Source: Candidatus Thorarchaeota archaeon (lineage in GTDB: Archaea > Asgardarchaeota > Thorarchaeia > Thorarchaeales > Thorarchaeaceae). Taken from it: a stretch of 11,321 nucleotides of DNA. The position numbers and the translations under genes are program-made. How positions within the stretch are numbered: position 1 is the stretch's first letter; the number at the start of each line of letters is the position of its first letter. The stretch is from contig JAEOUG010000010.1 of NCBI GenBank assembly GCA_016839445.1, positions 1 to 11,321 of the forward strand, written 5' to 3'. The notes below the pieces were generated by a model, which saw only the letters and a list, made by a program, of their open reading frames with translations, did no database searches and was not told where the DNA came from. Below are positions 1 through 7,767 of this stretch, one piece after another.

Positions 1-1772
1 ATCATCAACCGTATTCTGTCGGCCTTCTGCAGCAGGTCTTCTTCGTTCTCCTGAAGAGTCAGGAGTGCACCGATGTGGTACCCTGAGTTGAGGGCTCGCA
101 CAATGGATGACAGGGCTTGCATGACATCGTCCTGCTGCTCCATCGCAATCTCATCCATCAGCTTGATCACCTTGTTGATGGGACGCTTCTTGTCCGGGAG
201 GTTCAGAAACCGCGTTTCGAACACAACGAATAGATCCTCGAAGGCCTCTCGGTCCTCATTCGCGTTTCTGAAGCCCTCTGCAGACTCAGTGAGGAGGTCG
301 ATGGCCTTCTCAACTGCCTCCATGTCGCCTGACCGTAAAGCCTCCTGTCCTGCTGTTCGTTTCCATATTGTTGAGAGTTCCTTGACCTCTATGGACTCGT
401 AGAACGCTGCCGCTGCGACTGCGCGGTCGCTGCTCTTGAGGTGGTACTCGCAGAACTTGTCATTGCTTCCAATCTTCTTTGCACAGTCTGCGGCCTTGCT
501 AAAGAACTTCGAGGCGCTCTCGTTGTCTTCTGCCGCAGCTGTCTGGTCTGCGAGCTCGATGTACAGCTCGATGGCCTTCTCAATCTGCTTCTTCGCCTCG
601 TTAGCATTGCCTGCTTCTGTGAGGACTTCTGCGGCCTCCTCAAGTGCGATTGCTTGCTGTTCGCTATTCCCACTCTGTTCCTCTTGCTGGGCCTGTGATA
701 GGTAGAAGTCAGTGACCTGCTTGTATATCGCAGTGGCCTTGTCATGGTAGCCCCACCGCTCTAAGCACATAGCTTGGAATCTGAGGTATCTCTTCTCTGA
801 CTCCACTTCGTTTTCAGACGCCGCCTTGGATGCAAGTTCCTCAAAGAGCTCGCTGCCCCTCTTGAACGCCCATTTCGCCTTCATGACACGGCCTATCTCA
901 CTGAAGAGATCACCCGCCTTGACAAGCAACGGCGCAACGACCTCAGCTTTGCCCTCGAGCTTGAGATATGCTTCGGCGGCCTTTGAAATGGCTTGGTTTC
1001 TTGCAGATGTCAGTCTCTGAAGCTTGTATGCTTCCTGAGCGGCATCATAGATGTTCCCAGCCTTCTCGTACAAGTTGGCGGCCTCATAGAGCTCACCCGC
1101 CTCCATCATTGTGCGAGTTGCTTCGGGAGAGTCCGCCTTGGTTGCCATTATCTGAGCTGCCTCAGCCAGGGCGTTGCCTGCAGAGAGGAAGTCTCCCTTC
1201 TTCCTCGCCTGTTCCGCCCACCTGTGCGCCACTCTCACAGCCCTATCGTTGATTCGCTCCCCCAGTTCCTCATCGTCTGCCATGTAGTAGAGCCGGCCCA
1301 CTTTTCGTAGGAGGGACACTGCTTCTGAGAAGTTCTCTTCCTCTTCTTTGATATCTGCCAGATTCTCAAGCACATCTGCAGCTTTCATGTTTAGCAGTCT
1401 GGCTGCCTCATCATCATCCACAAAATCCTTGGAGCGCAAGTAGTACTCAGAAGCCTTCTTGTACTCGGAAGCATCTTCTGCCACCTTTGCGGCTGCCTGG
1501 GTCAGATCAGATATCTGCTTGTATACTTCTGGACTCTGGGGAATCCGTACAAGCATGAGGACCGCATTGTCATACGCCTTCATAGATTCAGCTGCCTCAT
1601 ATCCCGCGACGTGTGCTTCGGCAGCCTCCACATAGATCTTAGAGGCCTTCTCAAACTCGCCACTCTTGCCCAGAACATCTGCTGCCTTGGAGAGCTTCTT
1701 TGCACCGCTGGCTATCTTGCCGTCTTTGACTTCTTCTCGGGCCTCTAGTACGAGTTCGTCAACAGAAACCAA
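1..1772 (-). CDS. Large alpha-helical repeat (TPR/alpha-solenoid) protein, SNAP (soluble NSF attachment protein)-like; 3' end outside window
   Basis: Manual translation gives an uninterrupted 590-codon frame from TTG at 1772 (SD-like AGGAG just upstream; in-frame TGA at 1790-1788) to the window edge: MVSVDELVLEAREEVKDGKIASGAKKLSKAADVLGKSGEFEKASKIYVEAAEAH...MEAGELYEAANLYEKAGNIYDAAQEAY...KAIELYIELAD...ASKFFSKAADCAKK...EKAIDLLTESAEGFRN...LLQKADRIRLM. It is A/E/K-rich, with recurring A-x-x-x-Y/F-x-x-A-A helical-hairpin motifs. The CDS itself is near-certain; the SNAP-like label is inferred. Confidence 0.8.
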   Translation of the reverse strand, partial: MVSVDELVLEAREEVKDGKIASGAKKLSKAADVLGKSGEFEKASKIYVEAAEAHVAGYEAAESMKAYDNAVLMLVRIPQSPEVYKQISDLTQAAAKVAEDASEYKKASEYYLRSKDFVDDDEAARLLNMKAADVLENLADIKEEEENFSEAVSLLRKVGRLYYMADDEELGERINDRAVRVAHRWAEQARKKGDFLSAGNALAEAAQIMATKADSPEATRTMMEAGELYEAANLYEKAGNIYDAAQEAYKLQRLTSARNQAISKAAEAYLKLEGKAEVVAPLLVKAGDLFSEIGRVMKAKWAFKRGSELFEELASKAASENEVESEKRYLRFQAMCLERWGYHDKATAIYKQVTDFYLSQAQQEEQSGNSEQQAIALEEAAEVLTEAGNANEAKKQIEKAIELYIELADQTAAAEDNESASKFFSKAADCAKKIGSNDKFCEYHLKSSDRAVAAAAFYESIEVKELSTIWKRTAGQEALRSGDMEAVEKAIDLLTESAEGFRNANEDREAFEDLFVVFETRFLNLPDKKRPINKVIKLMDEIAMEQQDDVMQALSSIVRALNSGYHIGALLTLQENEEDLLQKADRIRLM

Positions 1773-1880
1773 GGCAAGCTCTCCTTCTCAGCATAATAAC
1801 CGGTGATTCGTCAGTGGCAGGTTCGCCATCCTCATAATACTTGCTGTTACTGATATGAGGCTCATCGGTCCAAGAGGACA

Positions 1881-1889
1881 ACCTTAAGT
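1881..1889 (+). promoter_or_regulatory. Putative archaeal TATA-like element (ACCTTAAGT) in the divergent intergenic region
   Basis: AT-rich palindromic CTTAAG about 32 nt upstream of the ATG at 1920, a plausible spacing for a short-leader archaeal transcript. Confidence 0.35.
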
Positions 1890-1919
1890 GTCCAATCCTC
1901 TGCAACGCTTCGACGACCG

Positions 1920-3299
1920 ATGGAGCAGATAACCCTAGACCATGTTGTCCCTGAGGACTACGATGCACTCGTCTGTGGCGGGGGCGCCGGAGGTCTCTTG
2001 ACGTCACTGGCCCTGACTGAGAGTGGGAAAAGGGTTCTTGTCCTCGAAAAGCAGGATCGCCTGGGTGGGGTATGGCACGGATACTGGGTTGGCAGCTATC
2101 GAGTCGATCAAGGCCTGCATGTCATCACACGAGTCAAGAGAGGCGCCTTTTCCAGATTCATTAGGGAGTACCTCCACCCTCCTCCGGAGTTCGTCCTTCA
2201 TGATGGTTGGTACTTCAGAGTACATGACCGGGTTGGCACGATCCCATCGAGCATAGGTCAGACTCTGCGGTGGCCGCTAACTGGAATGCGGGGACGACTT
2301 GGGCTGGCAAGGATTGGCGCCAAGATCAAGACGATGAAACTCGAGGAGATGAAGAAGTACAAGGATATCTCCTTCTTGGAGTTCATGGAAAACGAAGGTG
2401 CTACAAACCAGGTCATGCTTGATGTAATGCAGAGTGCCATCTACATGGCTGCTGGCGTTCCAATCAGCGAGGCTTCCGCCTATGAGGCACTTCGCACGCT
2501 GAAAGACACAGACAAGGAGTCATCCAAGCTCCAGTCAGCTAAGAGCTTGCTGCTCGGCACTTCAGAGTACGACGAAGGTTACATCATTGGAGGCATGGAG
2601 GGTCTCGTCAAGAGAGTCGTCAATGCCATTGAAGGGTCTTATGTGCTCAATGCAGAAGTCCAGGCGATTCATTCGAATGGCTCTCGGGTCTCGGGAGTCA
2701 CAGCTGGAGGGAGGCATCTCTCGCACTCACAGGTAGTCAGTAACATACCATTGTGGGCGATGCCTGGAATCGTTTCCTCCGACGACCCGAAGGTATCCAC
2801 CTTCTTCAGTGAATGGAGTCACATGCAACCCACAAGGGGTATCACACTCTGGCTGGGCCTAGACAAGGTCGTACTTGGTGACAGGAAGAATAGAGTGCTC
2901 GTCCATCCAAACCCGAACCGCTGGATCGTCTCTGTTTCCAGCTTCGACCCGACCTGCGCACCCGAAGGGAAGGAACTCGTTGCAGTGGCCATGATGGCCA
3001 TTCCCGGCAAGTCAGTCGAGGAGCAACTCGAAATAATGAAGGGGAACGGATTCGAGACCTACTATCCTGAGGTTCTTGAACACGTTGAGATGGAGCATGT
3101 ACAGACCTCATATGCCACAAGGGCGGCTCTGATACCTGGTCAGACGGATCTTGACAGACCGGGCCCGCGAACACCCCTCAGAGGCCTCTATATCGTGGGA
3201 ACGGACACTGCCGGTTCAGGAGTGGGACTACAGCAAGCCGCACAGTCTGCCGAGGGTGCTGTTGCAGCAATCCTTGAAGACATGCAGGCGCTCCCGTAA
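1920..3299 (+). CDS. FAD-dependent oxidoreductase, phytoene desaturase (CrtI)/flavin amine oxidase superfamily
   Basis: 459 aa. N-terminal Rossmann motif YDALVCGGGAGG, then VLEKQDRLGG and VDQGLH; internal YIIGGM; C-terminal RPGPRTPLRGLYIVG. Substrate cannot be determined from sequence. Confidence 0.85.
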   Translation: MEQITLDHVVPEDYDALVCGGGAGGLLTSLALTESGKRVLVLEKQDRLGGVWHGYWVGSYRVDQGLHVITRVKRGAFSRFIREYLHPPPEFVLHDGWYFRVHDRVGTIPSSIGQTLRWPLTGMRGRLGLARIGAKIKTMKLEEMKKYKDISFLEFMENEGATNQVMLDVMQSAIYMAAGVPISEASAYEALRTLKDTDKESSKLQSAKSLLLGTSEYDEGYIIGGMEGLVKRVVNAIEGSYVLNAEVQAIHSNGSRVSGVTAGGRHLSHSQVVSNIPLWAMPGIVSSDDPKVSTFFSEWSHMQPTRGITLWLGLDKVVLGDRKNRVLVHPNPNRWIVSVSSFDPTCAPEGKELVAVAMMAIPGKSVEEQLEIMKGNGFETYYPEVLEHVEMEHVQTSYATRAALIPGQTDLDRPGPRTPLRGLYIVGTDTAGSGVGLQQAAQSAEGAVAAILEDMQALP

Positions 3300-3373
3300 C
3301 GAAAAGGTTTTGTTACGCCGATGTCGCCCCATGACTTGGACTCGGACCCATTGGTCCTCAGGAGCTACTTCAG

Positions 3374-3934
3374 ATGAAGATGATAGAAATCCGGTGGCAT
3401 GGAAGAGGTGGACAGGGAGGCGTTACGTCCGCCGAGCTCTTGGCGAAAGCTGCCTATATTGACGGGTACAAGGGTGTGCAGGCATTCCCGTATTTTGGCG
3501 CAGAGAGAAGAGGGGCTCCAGTCAAAGCCTTCACGCGCGTTGCCGATGAGGAGATCAACGTTAGAAGTCAGGTATACACACCGGATGTTGTTGCTGTTCT
3601 GGATGAGAGCATCCTTGACCTCATTGATGTGAGCGAGGGTCTCGCAGACGACGGAAAGATTGTTGTCAACACTCCGAAAAGTCCTGGTGAAGTCAAAGTT
3701 GAGAAGGGTCACGTCTACACGTACGATGGCACTGGCATTGCCTTGGAATTCGGTCTACTAGTTGCTGGTCTGCCAGTTGTAAACACCACGATGCTGGGAG
3801 CAGTGGCAAAGGCCACTGGACTTGTCAAGCTTGAAACGGTCCAGAAGGTAATCAAGGAGAAGTGGAGTGGTAACGTAGGCGAACGTAACGCTGAGGGCGC
3901 CAAGAAGGCCTACGACACCTGCACTGACAAGTGA
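3374..3934 (+). CDS. porG: Pyruvate/2-oxoacid:ferredoxin oxidoreductase gamma subunit
   Basis: 186 aa. Hallmark motifs IEIRWHGRGGQGGVT, QAFPYFGAERRGAPV, PDVVAVLD, VVNT and VNTTMLGA; SD-like AGGAG at 3360-3364. Confidence 0.93.
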   Translation: MKMIEIRWHGRGGQGGVTSAELLAKAAYIDGYKGVQAFPYFGAERRGAPVKAFTRVADEEINVRSQVYTPDVVAVLDESILDLIDVSEGLADDGKIVVNTPKSPGEVKVEKGHVYTYDGTGIALEFGLLVAGLPVVNTTMLGAVAKATGLVKLETVQKVIKEKWSGNVGERNAEGAKKAYDTCTDK

Positions 3935-3935
3935 T

Positions 3936-4715
3936 TCACGCGTACATTCTTTCGAAGCCAGAGCGTCCTGGAACCTGCTGTTGTCTTCGCATGCCGTCCA
4001 CCTGCTCGGCTACTTCTTCCATCTTCTTGCGGATCTGCTCCCCACTCTCTATGAGTTCGTCCACAGGAACGTTAAGGTTGTACAGCTTGTTGAGAGCCTG
4101 AAGGAGCTTCACAGCCCCCTCGGGATCAGGTATCACTGCGATGGCTGGTGTGAGTAACGCGAAACCCACCATGTCGCGACAGAGGGTCTCGGCTAGGATT
4201 GATCCTGCGATCCCTGAGATTATACCCTTCGACAGTATCTCCATTCCCTCGACTTCACCGAGTTCTGCAAGCTTCTCTTCTTCTGCTGCATAGAGAACTT
4301 TTCTTTCGGAAGGCATACCCTGTACTGGGATCCCATCCAGAATCACGGTTTCTTTCACACCTACAGAGGCTCCCCAGTCCAGTATTGCGGAACTCACAGA
4401 GTAGAGCCCGTCCTCGCTCACAGGCAACTCTGCTGTGGCAACAAGAAGGCCGCGCTTCTTGTCCCCATATATTCTGAACGGATGCCTGAGTCTGCCATCC
4501 ATGAAGAGAGCTGCAGATGGGATGTATCTGGACCGCAAGTGTGCGACCTCCTGCATCTTGAACTGCTCAATCAGCGTGTTGGCTGCAATCGTGCCCACAA
4601 CACCTGCCGACGGGAAACAGCACACAAGAAGGGGCTTTTCATAGTCAATCTTCTTCGTCTGAACCACTTGGGCTTCTGGCGCCCCAAGAACCCTAACTTC
4701 GCAATCCTTGTCCAT
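3936..4715 (-). CDS. PAC2-family proteasome assembly chaperone (PbaA/PbaB-like) with C-terminal HbYX motif
   Basis: 259 aa. FPSAGVVGTIAA, HPFRIY, GIISGIAGSIL and PDPEGA motifs, a C-terminal helical tail, and terminal M-Y-A-stop. Confidence 0.9.
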   Translation of the reverse strand: MDKDCEVRVLGAPEAQVVQTKKIDYEKPLLVCCFPSAGVVGTIAANTLIEQFKMQEVAHLRSRYIPSAALFMDGRLRHPFRIYGDKKRGLLVATAELPVSEDGLYSVSSAILDWGASVGVKETVILDGIPVQGMPSERKVLYAAEEEKLAELGEVEGMEILSKGIISGIAGSILAETLCRDMVGFALLTPAIAVIPDPEGAVKLLQALNKLYNLNVPVDELIESGEQIRKKMEEVAEQVDGMRRQQQVPGRSGFERMYA

Positions 4716-4791
4716 CTAAGGTCATCCTCAAAACCTCTGCACATTCTCGTTTCATATTAAGCTTGGTACATAGCAGCGCTCGGAGCTGGGT

Positions 4792-4801
4792 AAGGTTATA
4801 T
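4792..4801 (+). promoter_or_regulatory. Putative TATA box for the aminotransferase gene
   Basis: AAGGTTATAT in the divergent intergenic region; an oppositely oriented TTAATA (about 4755-4760) could serve the PAC2 gene. Confidence 0.45.
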
Positions 4802-4862
4802 CCTGCCGGAACGTGCAGCAATCTTGAGCCGCCTGCCTAGGTGCTCGCACGGAGGTAATGCC

Positions 4863-6020
4863 TTGAGATTTCGCACACAGGACATCATGCCCCCTCCCAT
4901 TGTGAAGCTCATCGATGCTGCTAGGCGTTACACTTCTTCACCCGGCTTTCTGAACTTAGGCCAGGGACTTCCCGGCCATGTCCCTCCCGAGCGCGCCCTA
5001 GTGGCGTTACGCGATCGACTCTCTCATCCTGCGACCCACGTATATTCCCCCGATGAGGGGATGCTCGAGCTGAGAGAGGAACTTGCCATATACCTGCGCA
5101 GGACTTCAAAAATCGATGTCAATCCCCAAGACGAGCTCGTGATTACGGCTGGAGCCAACAATGCATTTGCCGGCGCAATGATGGCATTGCTGCATCAGGG
5201 TCAGAAGGTCGTTATGCCCACCCCATACTACTTCAATTCTGTAATGGCAGTGGAGATGCTTGGAGGTCAAGTTGTCGAGGTGGCCGGGTTAAAAGGGTTC
5301 CAGCCCGACCCTGCGACCATAGAGTCTGCAATGGATGACGACACTTGTGCAGTCTTTCTTATCACGCCCAACAATCCTACCGGAGCAGTATACGAACGGA
5401 ACACAGTAGATCGCATTGTAGACGTATGCATTGAGAGAGACATCCCCCTCATCTCGGATGAGACCTACGCCAGCATGATATTCGATGATGCGACTCACTA
5501 CAGCCCAAGGTCTCGGCGGGATGCAATCGACCATGTAATCACGCTTGGTAGCTTCTCGAAGGACTTCGGGATGAGCGGGTGGAGAATCGGGTATGTGATT
5601 GGTCCGGAGGAGTTCATTCAGGAGTATCTGAAGGTGCAGGACACAATCACCATTTGCGCACCTACTGCGGGTCAGCTCCTGGCGCTTGAGGTCCTCAAGA
5701 GCGGCCTTGATTTCATCGAGGATGAACTACGAAGACTGGGTCTCCTTCGTGAGCTCGCCTACCTCCGCGCCTCTGAGATTGATGCGCTCGAGCTGGAGAG
5801 GACGAAGGGAACGTTCTACATGTTCCCGCATGTGAAGGGTTGTGAGGACTCCAAGAGGCTTGTCCTGGACATCTTGCAGTCTACTGAGATGTTGGTTCTT
5901 CCTGGTAGCATCTTTGGTGCGTCTGGTGAGGGACACATCCGGCTGTCCTTTGGGCCACTTACGCCGGAGGCTGTGGATGAAGCATTTGATCGACTCGCCG
6001 GGTTCTTCAAAGAGAACTAG
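4863..6020 (+). CDS. PLP-dependent aminotransferase class I/II (aspartate aminotransferase family)
   Basis: NLGQG, ITAGAN, PNNPTG, SDETY, SFSKDFGMSGWRIGY (PLP lysine) and HIRLSF. The start is placed at the in-frame TTG 4863, behind a strong GGAGGT SD (4851-4856), rather than at 4824. Confidence 0.92.
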   Translation: MRFRTQDIMPPPIVKLIDAARRYTSSPGFLNLGQGLPGHVPPERALVALRDRLSHPATHVYSPDEGMLELREELAIYLRRTSKIDVNPQDELVITAGANNAFAGAMMALLHQGQKVVMPTPYYFNSVMAVEMLGGQVVEVAGLKGFQPDPATIESAMDDDTCAVFLITPNNPTGAVYERNTVDRIVDVCIERDIPLISDETYASMIFDDATHYSPRSRRDAIDHVITLGSFSKDFGMSGWRIGYVIGPEEFIQEYLKVQDTITICAPTAGQLLALEVLKSGLDFIEDELRRLGLLRELAYLRASEIDALELERTKGTFYMFPHVKGCEDSKRLVLDILQSTEMLVLPGSIFGASGEGHIRLSFGPLTPEAVDEAFDRLAGFFKEN

Positions 6021-7315
6021 GCGTCTCTGTATTTCCGCCACTCCCAATCTGTGACAGCATGACTGAGGTACTCTTCCCATTCGCTTCTCTTGACTCTGAT
6101 GAAGGTCCTCATAATGTCTTCTCCGAGTGCATCACTGACTACCTTATCCGCCTCGAGTGCGTCAAGGGCCTCACCTAGGCTCTTTGGCAAGGTCTTGATT
6201 CCCAGTTTCTTCCTCTCTTTGTCGGACATGGAGAATATGTCCTCAGACCTTGCCTCGGGTGGCGACAGCCCTCTATTCACTCCGTCCATCCCCGCTGCAA
6301 TTATCACCGTGAATAGCATGTATGGATTCGACATCGAATCGCTTGACCTAAACTCGACAGCAGCCTTATTGGCCTCGCCAAGCATTGGGACTCTGACGAG
6401 TACGGTCCGGTTCATATGACCCCAGCTTATGTAGACTGGAGCCTCATGGTGAGGGACTAGCCTCTTGTATGAGTTCACAGTAGGATTCGCTACTGCAGTG
6501 ATTGCGGGAGCGTGCTCTAAGAGTCCTGCAACGAAGCTCTTGGCAGTATCAGATAGCTCGTCCTTTGATGCTCCAAAGAGGTTCTTGTCGCCATCCCAGA
6601 GCTGAAGATGGCAATGAAGACCGTTCCCAGCTGAACCCTCGAAAGGTTTGGGCATGAAGGTGACATCAATCCCATGATTCTGCGCAATGGCTCGTGCCAG
6701 ATTCTTGAAGATGAGTATATTATCGGCTACGCTTCTAACATCACTGAAGGCAAGCTCAATCTCCTGTTGTGCTTCTCCAACTTCGTGATGGATGACTCGG
6801 ATTTCCACACCAATCTCTCTCAAAGCATTAGCTAGCTGGAGGAGGATGTCGAATCCTGGGCTCTGCGGGTATGTGTCTGCGTAACCAGCAAAATCGAAAG
6901 GTTCTCCCTCCGAAGTTGTGAGATGAAACTCCGGCTCTATCTTTGCTTCAAGCCTCAGAGCTCCGGGCAAGTACTTCTCGAACGCCCAGTGAAGCCGTCC
7001 CCGAGTGTCGAGAGAGAAATACTCCCCCTTCTTAGATCCCTTCTCGCGAACGAAACACATTGCAGCTGCCATTCTCTGCGAAACGAAGGGGAGTTCAATT
7101 AGACTAGACGGATCAGGGTCAAGCCTGAGGTCGGAGGCTTCTACTGATGCAAGTCCAGTTACAGAGCTGCCATCGCAGCTGGTGCCCTTCTTTATGGCGT
7201 CATCTTTAGCTACATCAGCGATTGCAGCAGCAGGTTTGCAAGGCACAACCATTGCTTTCAGCTGGCCAAGAATGTCAGTGAATCTCAGCTCTATGTACTC
7301 AATCATCTCGGTCAT
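6017..7315 (-). CDS. glnA: Glutamine synthetase type I (GSI-alpha-like)
   Basis: 432 aa. FTDILGQLK, DGSS, EPEF, HHEVGEAQQEI, FMPKPFEGSAGNGLHCH, NPTVNSYKRLVP, WGHMNR and EFRSSD...NPY motifs. A GS-like gamma-glutamyl ligase cannot be excluded. Confidence 0.88.
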   Translation of the reverse strand: MTEMIEYIELRFTDILGQLKAMVVPCKPAAAIADVAKDDAIKKGTSCDGSSVTGLASVEASDLRLDPDPSSLIELPFVSQRMAAAMCFVREKGSKKGEYFSLDTRGRLHWAFEKYLPGALRLEAKIEPEFHLTTSEGEPFDFAGYADTYPQSPGFDILLQLANALREIGVEIRVIHHEVGEAQQEIELAFSDVRSVADNILIFKNLARAIAQNHGIDVTFMPKPFEGSAGNGLHCHLQLWDGDKNLFGASKDELSDTAKSFVAGLLEHAPAITAVANPTVNSYKRLVPHHEAPVYISWGHMNRTVLVRVPMLGEANKAAVEFRSSDSMSNPYMLFTVIIAAGMDGVNRGLSPPEARSEDIFSMSDKERKKLGIKTLPKSLGEALDALEADKVVSDALGEDIMRTFIRVKRSEWEEYLSHAVTDWEWRKYRDA

Positions 7316-7358
7316 TTCAACAGCCCCTTGAACCGCTCTTCCGTGACAGAACCACTCG

Positions 7359-7370
7359 TATAAAGGTCTT
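7359..7370 (-). promoter_or_regulatory. Putative BRE/TATA promoter of glnA
   Basis: Minus strand reads AAGACCTTTATA, with canonical TTTATA about 44 nt upstream of the glnA ATG. Confidence 0.6.
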
Positions 7371-7375
7371 AGTCT

Positions 7376-7687
7376 TCAACCCCAGAGCTCTTTGTACCAT
7401 GCTGGGCTGTCATCACCCAGCTCTAGGCGAATCGATCCGCTCAGAGTATTGACTTCATCTCCGTCAACGATCTCGAAGTTCATGGCCGCGATTCTGATAG
7501 CCTTCTTCTCGAGACTGACTTTCCCGAAGTTGCGGGCATGCACTCGTGCAACGAGCTTCCCCCCATCAATGATCAGAAGATCATCCTCATATGAAACCAA
7601 GGCTTTCGTCTTGAACTTCCCATCCTTGAAGCTCCCTAGGTGAACTTCCAGATTGCTGAACTCAGCTTTGACATCGCTAGCTCTCAT
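7376..7687 (-). CDS. Small hypothetical protein, possible PH-like fold
   Basis: The open frame extends to 7735, but the ATG at 7687 (MRASDVKAEF...; 103 aa) is preferred because it leaves room for the divergent promoters. Beta-strand pattern followed by a terminal DDSPAWYKELWG helix. Confidence 0.7.
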   Translation of the reverse strand: MRASDVKAEFSNLEVHLGSFKDGKFKTKALVSYEDDLLIIDGGKLVARVHARNFGKVSLEKKAIRIAAMNFEIVDGDEVNTLSGSIRLELGDDSPAWYKELWG

Positions 7688-7720
7688 TGGACTCACACGA
7701 AGGGGTTTACTATCGTTTCT

Positions 7721-7750
7721 TATGAACCTCATCATTAGGTCAACTTCATA
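7721..7750. promoter_or_regulatory. Back-to-back TTCATA elements (inverted repeat TATGAA...TTCATA), putative divergent promoter
   Basis: TATGAACCTCATCATTAGGTCAACTTCATA; each TTCATA lies about 33 nt upstream of a plausible ATG (7687 minus, 7783 plus). Confidence 0.35.
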
Positions 7751-7767
7751 TTGATTGATTCAGTAAC

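Noticed and set aside
73-1310. Many short ORFs in the track (73-402, 389-745, 436-705, 441-698, 826-1020, 968-1252, 993-1310)
   Set aside because: Antisense or off-frame shadows of the long minus-strand gene at 1-1772, with Ser/Arg-rich, non-protein-like composition.
1801-1830. tRNA-like or riboswitch-like fragments (TCAGTGGCAG, GGTTCG, GTTCGCCAT; CTGACGA on the minus strand)
   Set aside because: No cloverleaf or anticodon arm, and the remaining conserved elements of a fluoride riboswitch or hammerhead ribozyme are missing.
1920-3299. Rab-GDI-like N-terminus (EDYDALV...GKRVLVLE...LGG)
   Set aside because: The fold is shared with flavoenzymes, and an intact GxGxxG plus the CrtI-type C-terminal motif indicate an ordinary FAD enzyme.
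4824-4862. Longer N-terminus of the aminotransferase given in the ORF track
   Set aside because: A strong GGAGGT SD points to TTG 4863, and the extension is not protein-like.
6017-6020. 4-bp overlap of convergent stop codons (CTAG) between the aminotransferase and glnA
   Set aside because: Common in compact archaeal genomes, with no evidence of a special function.
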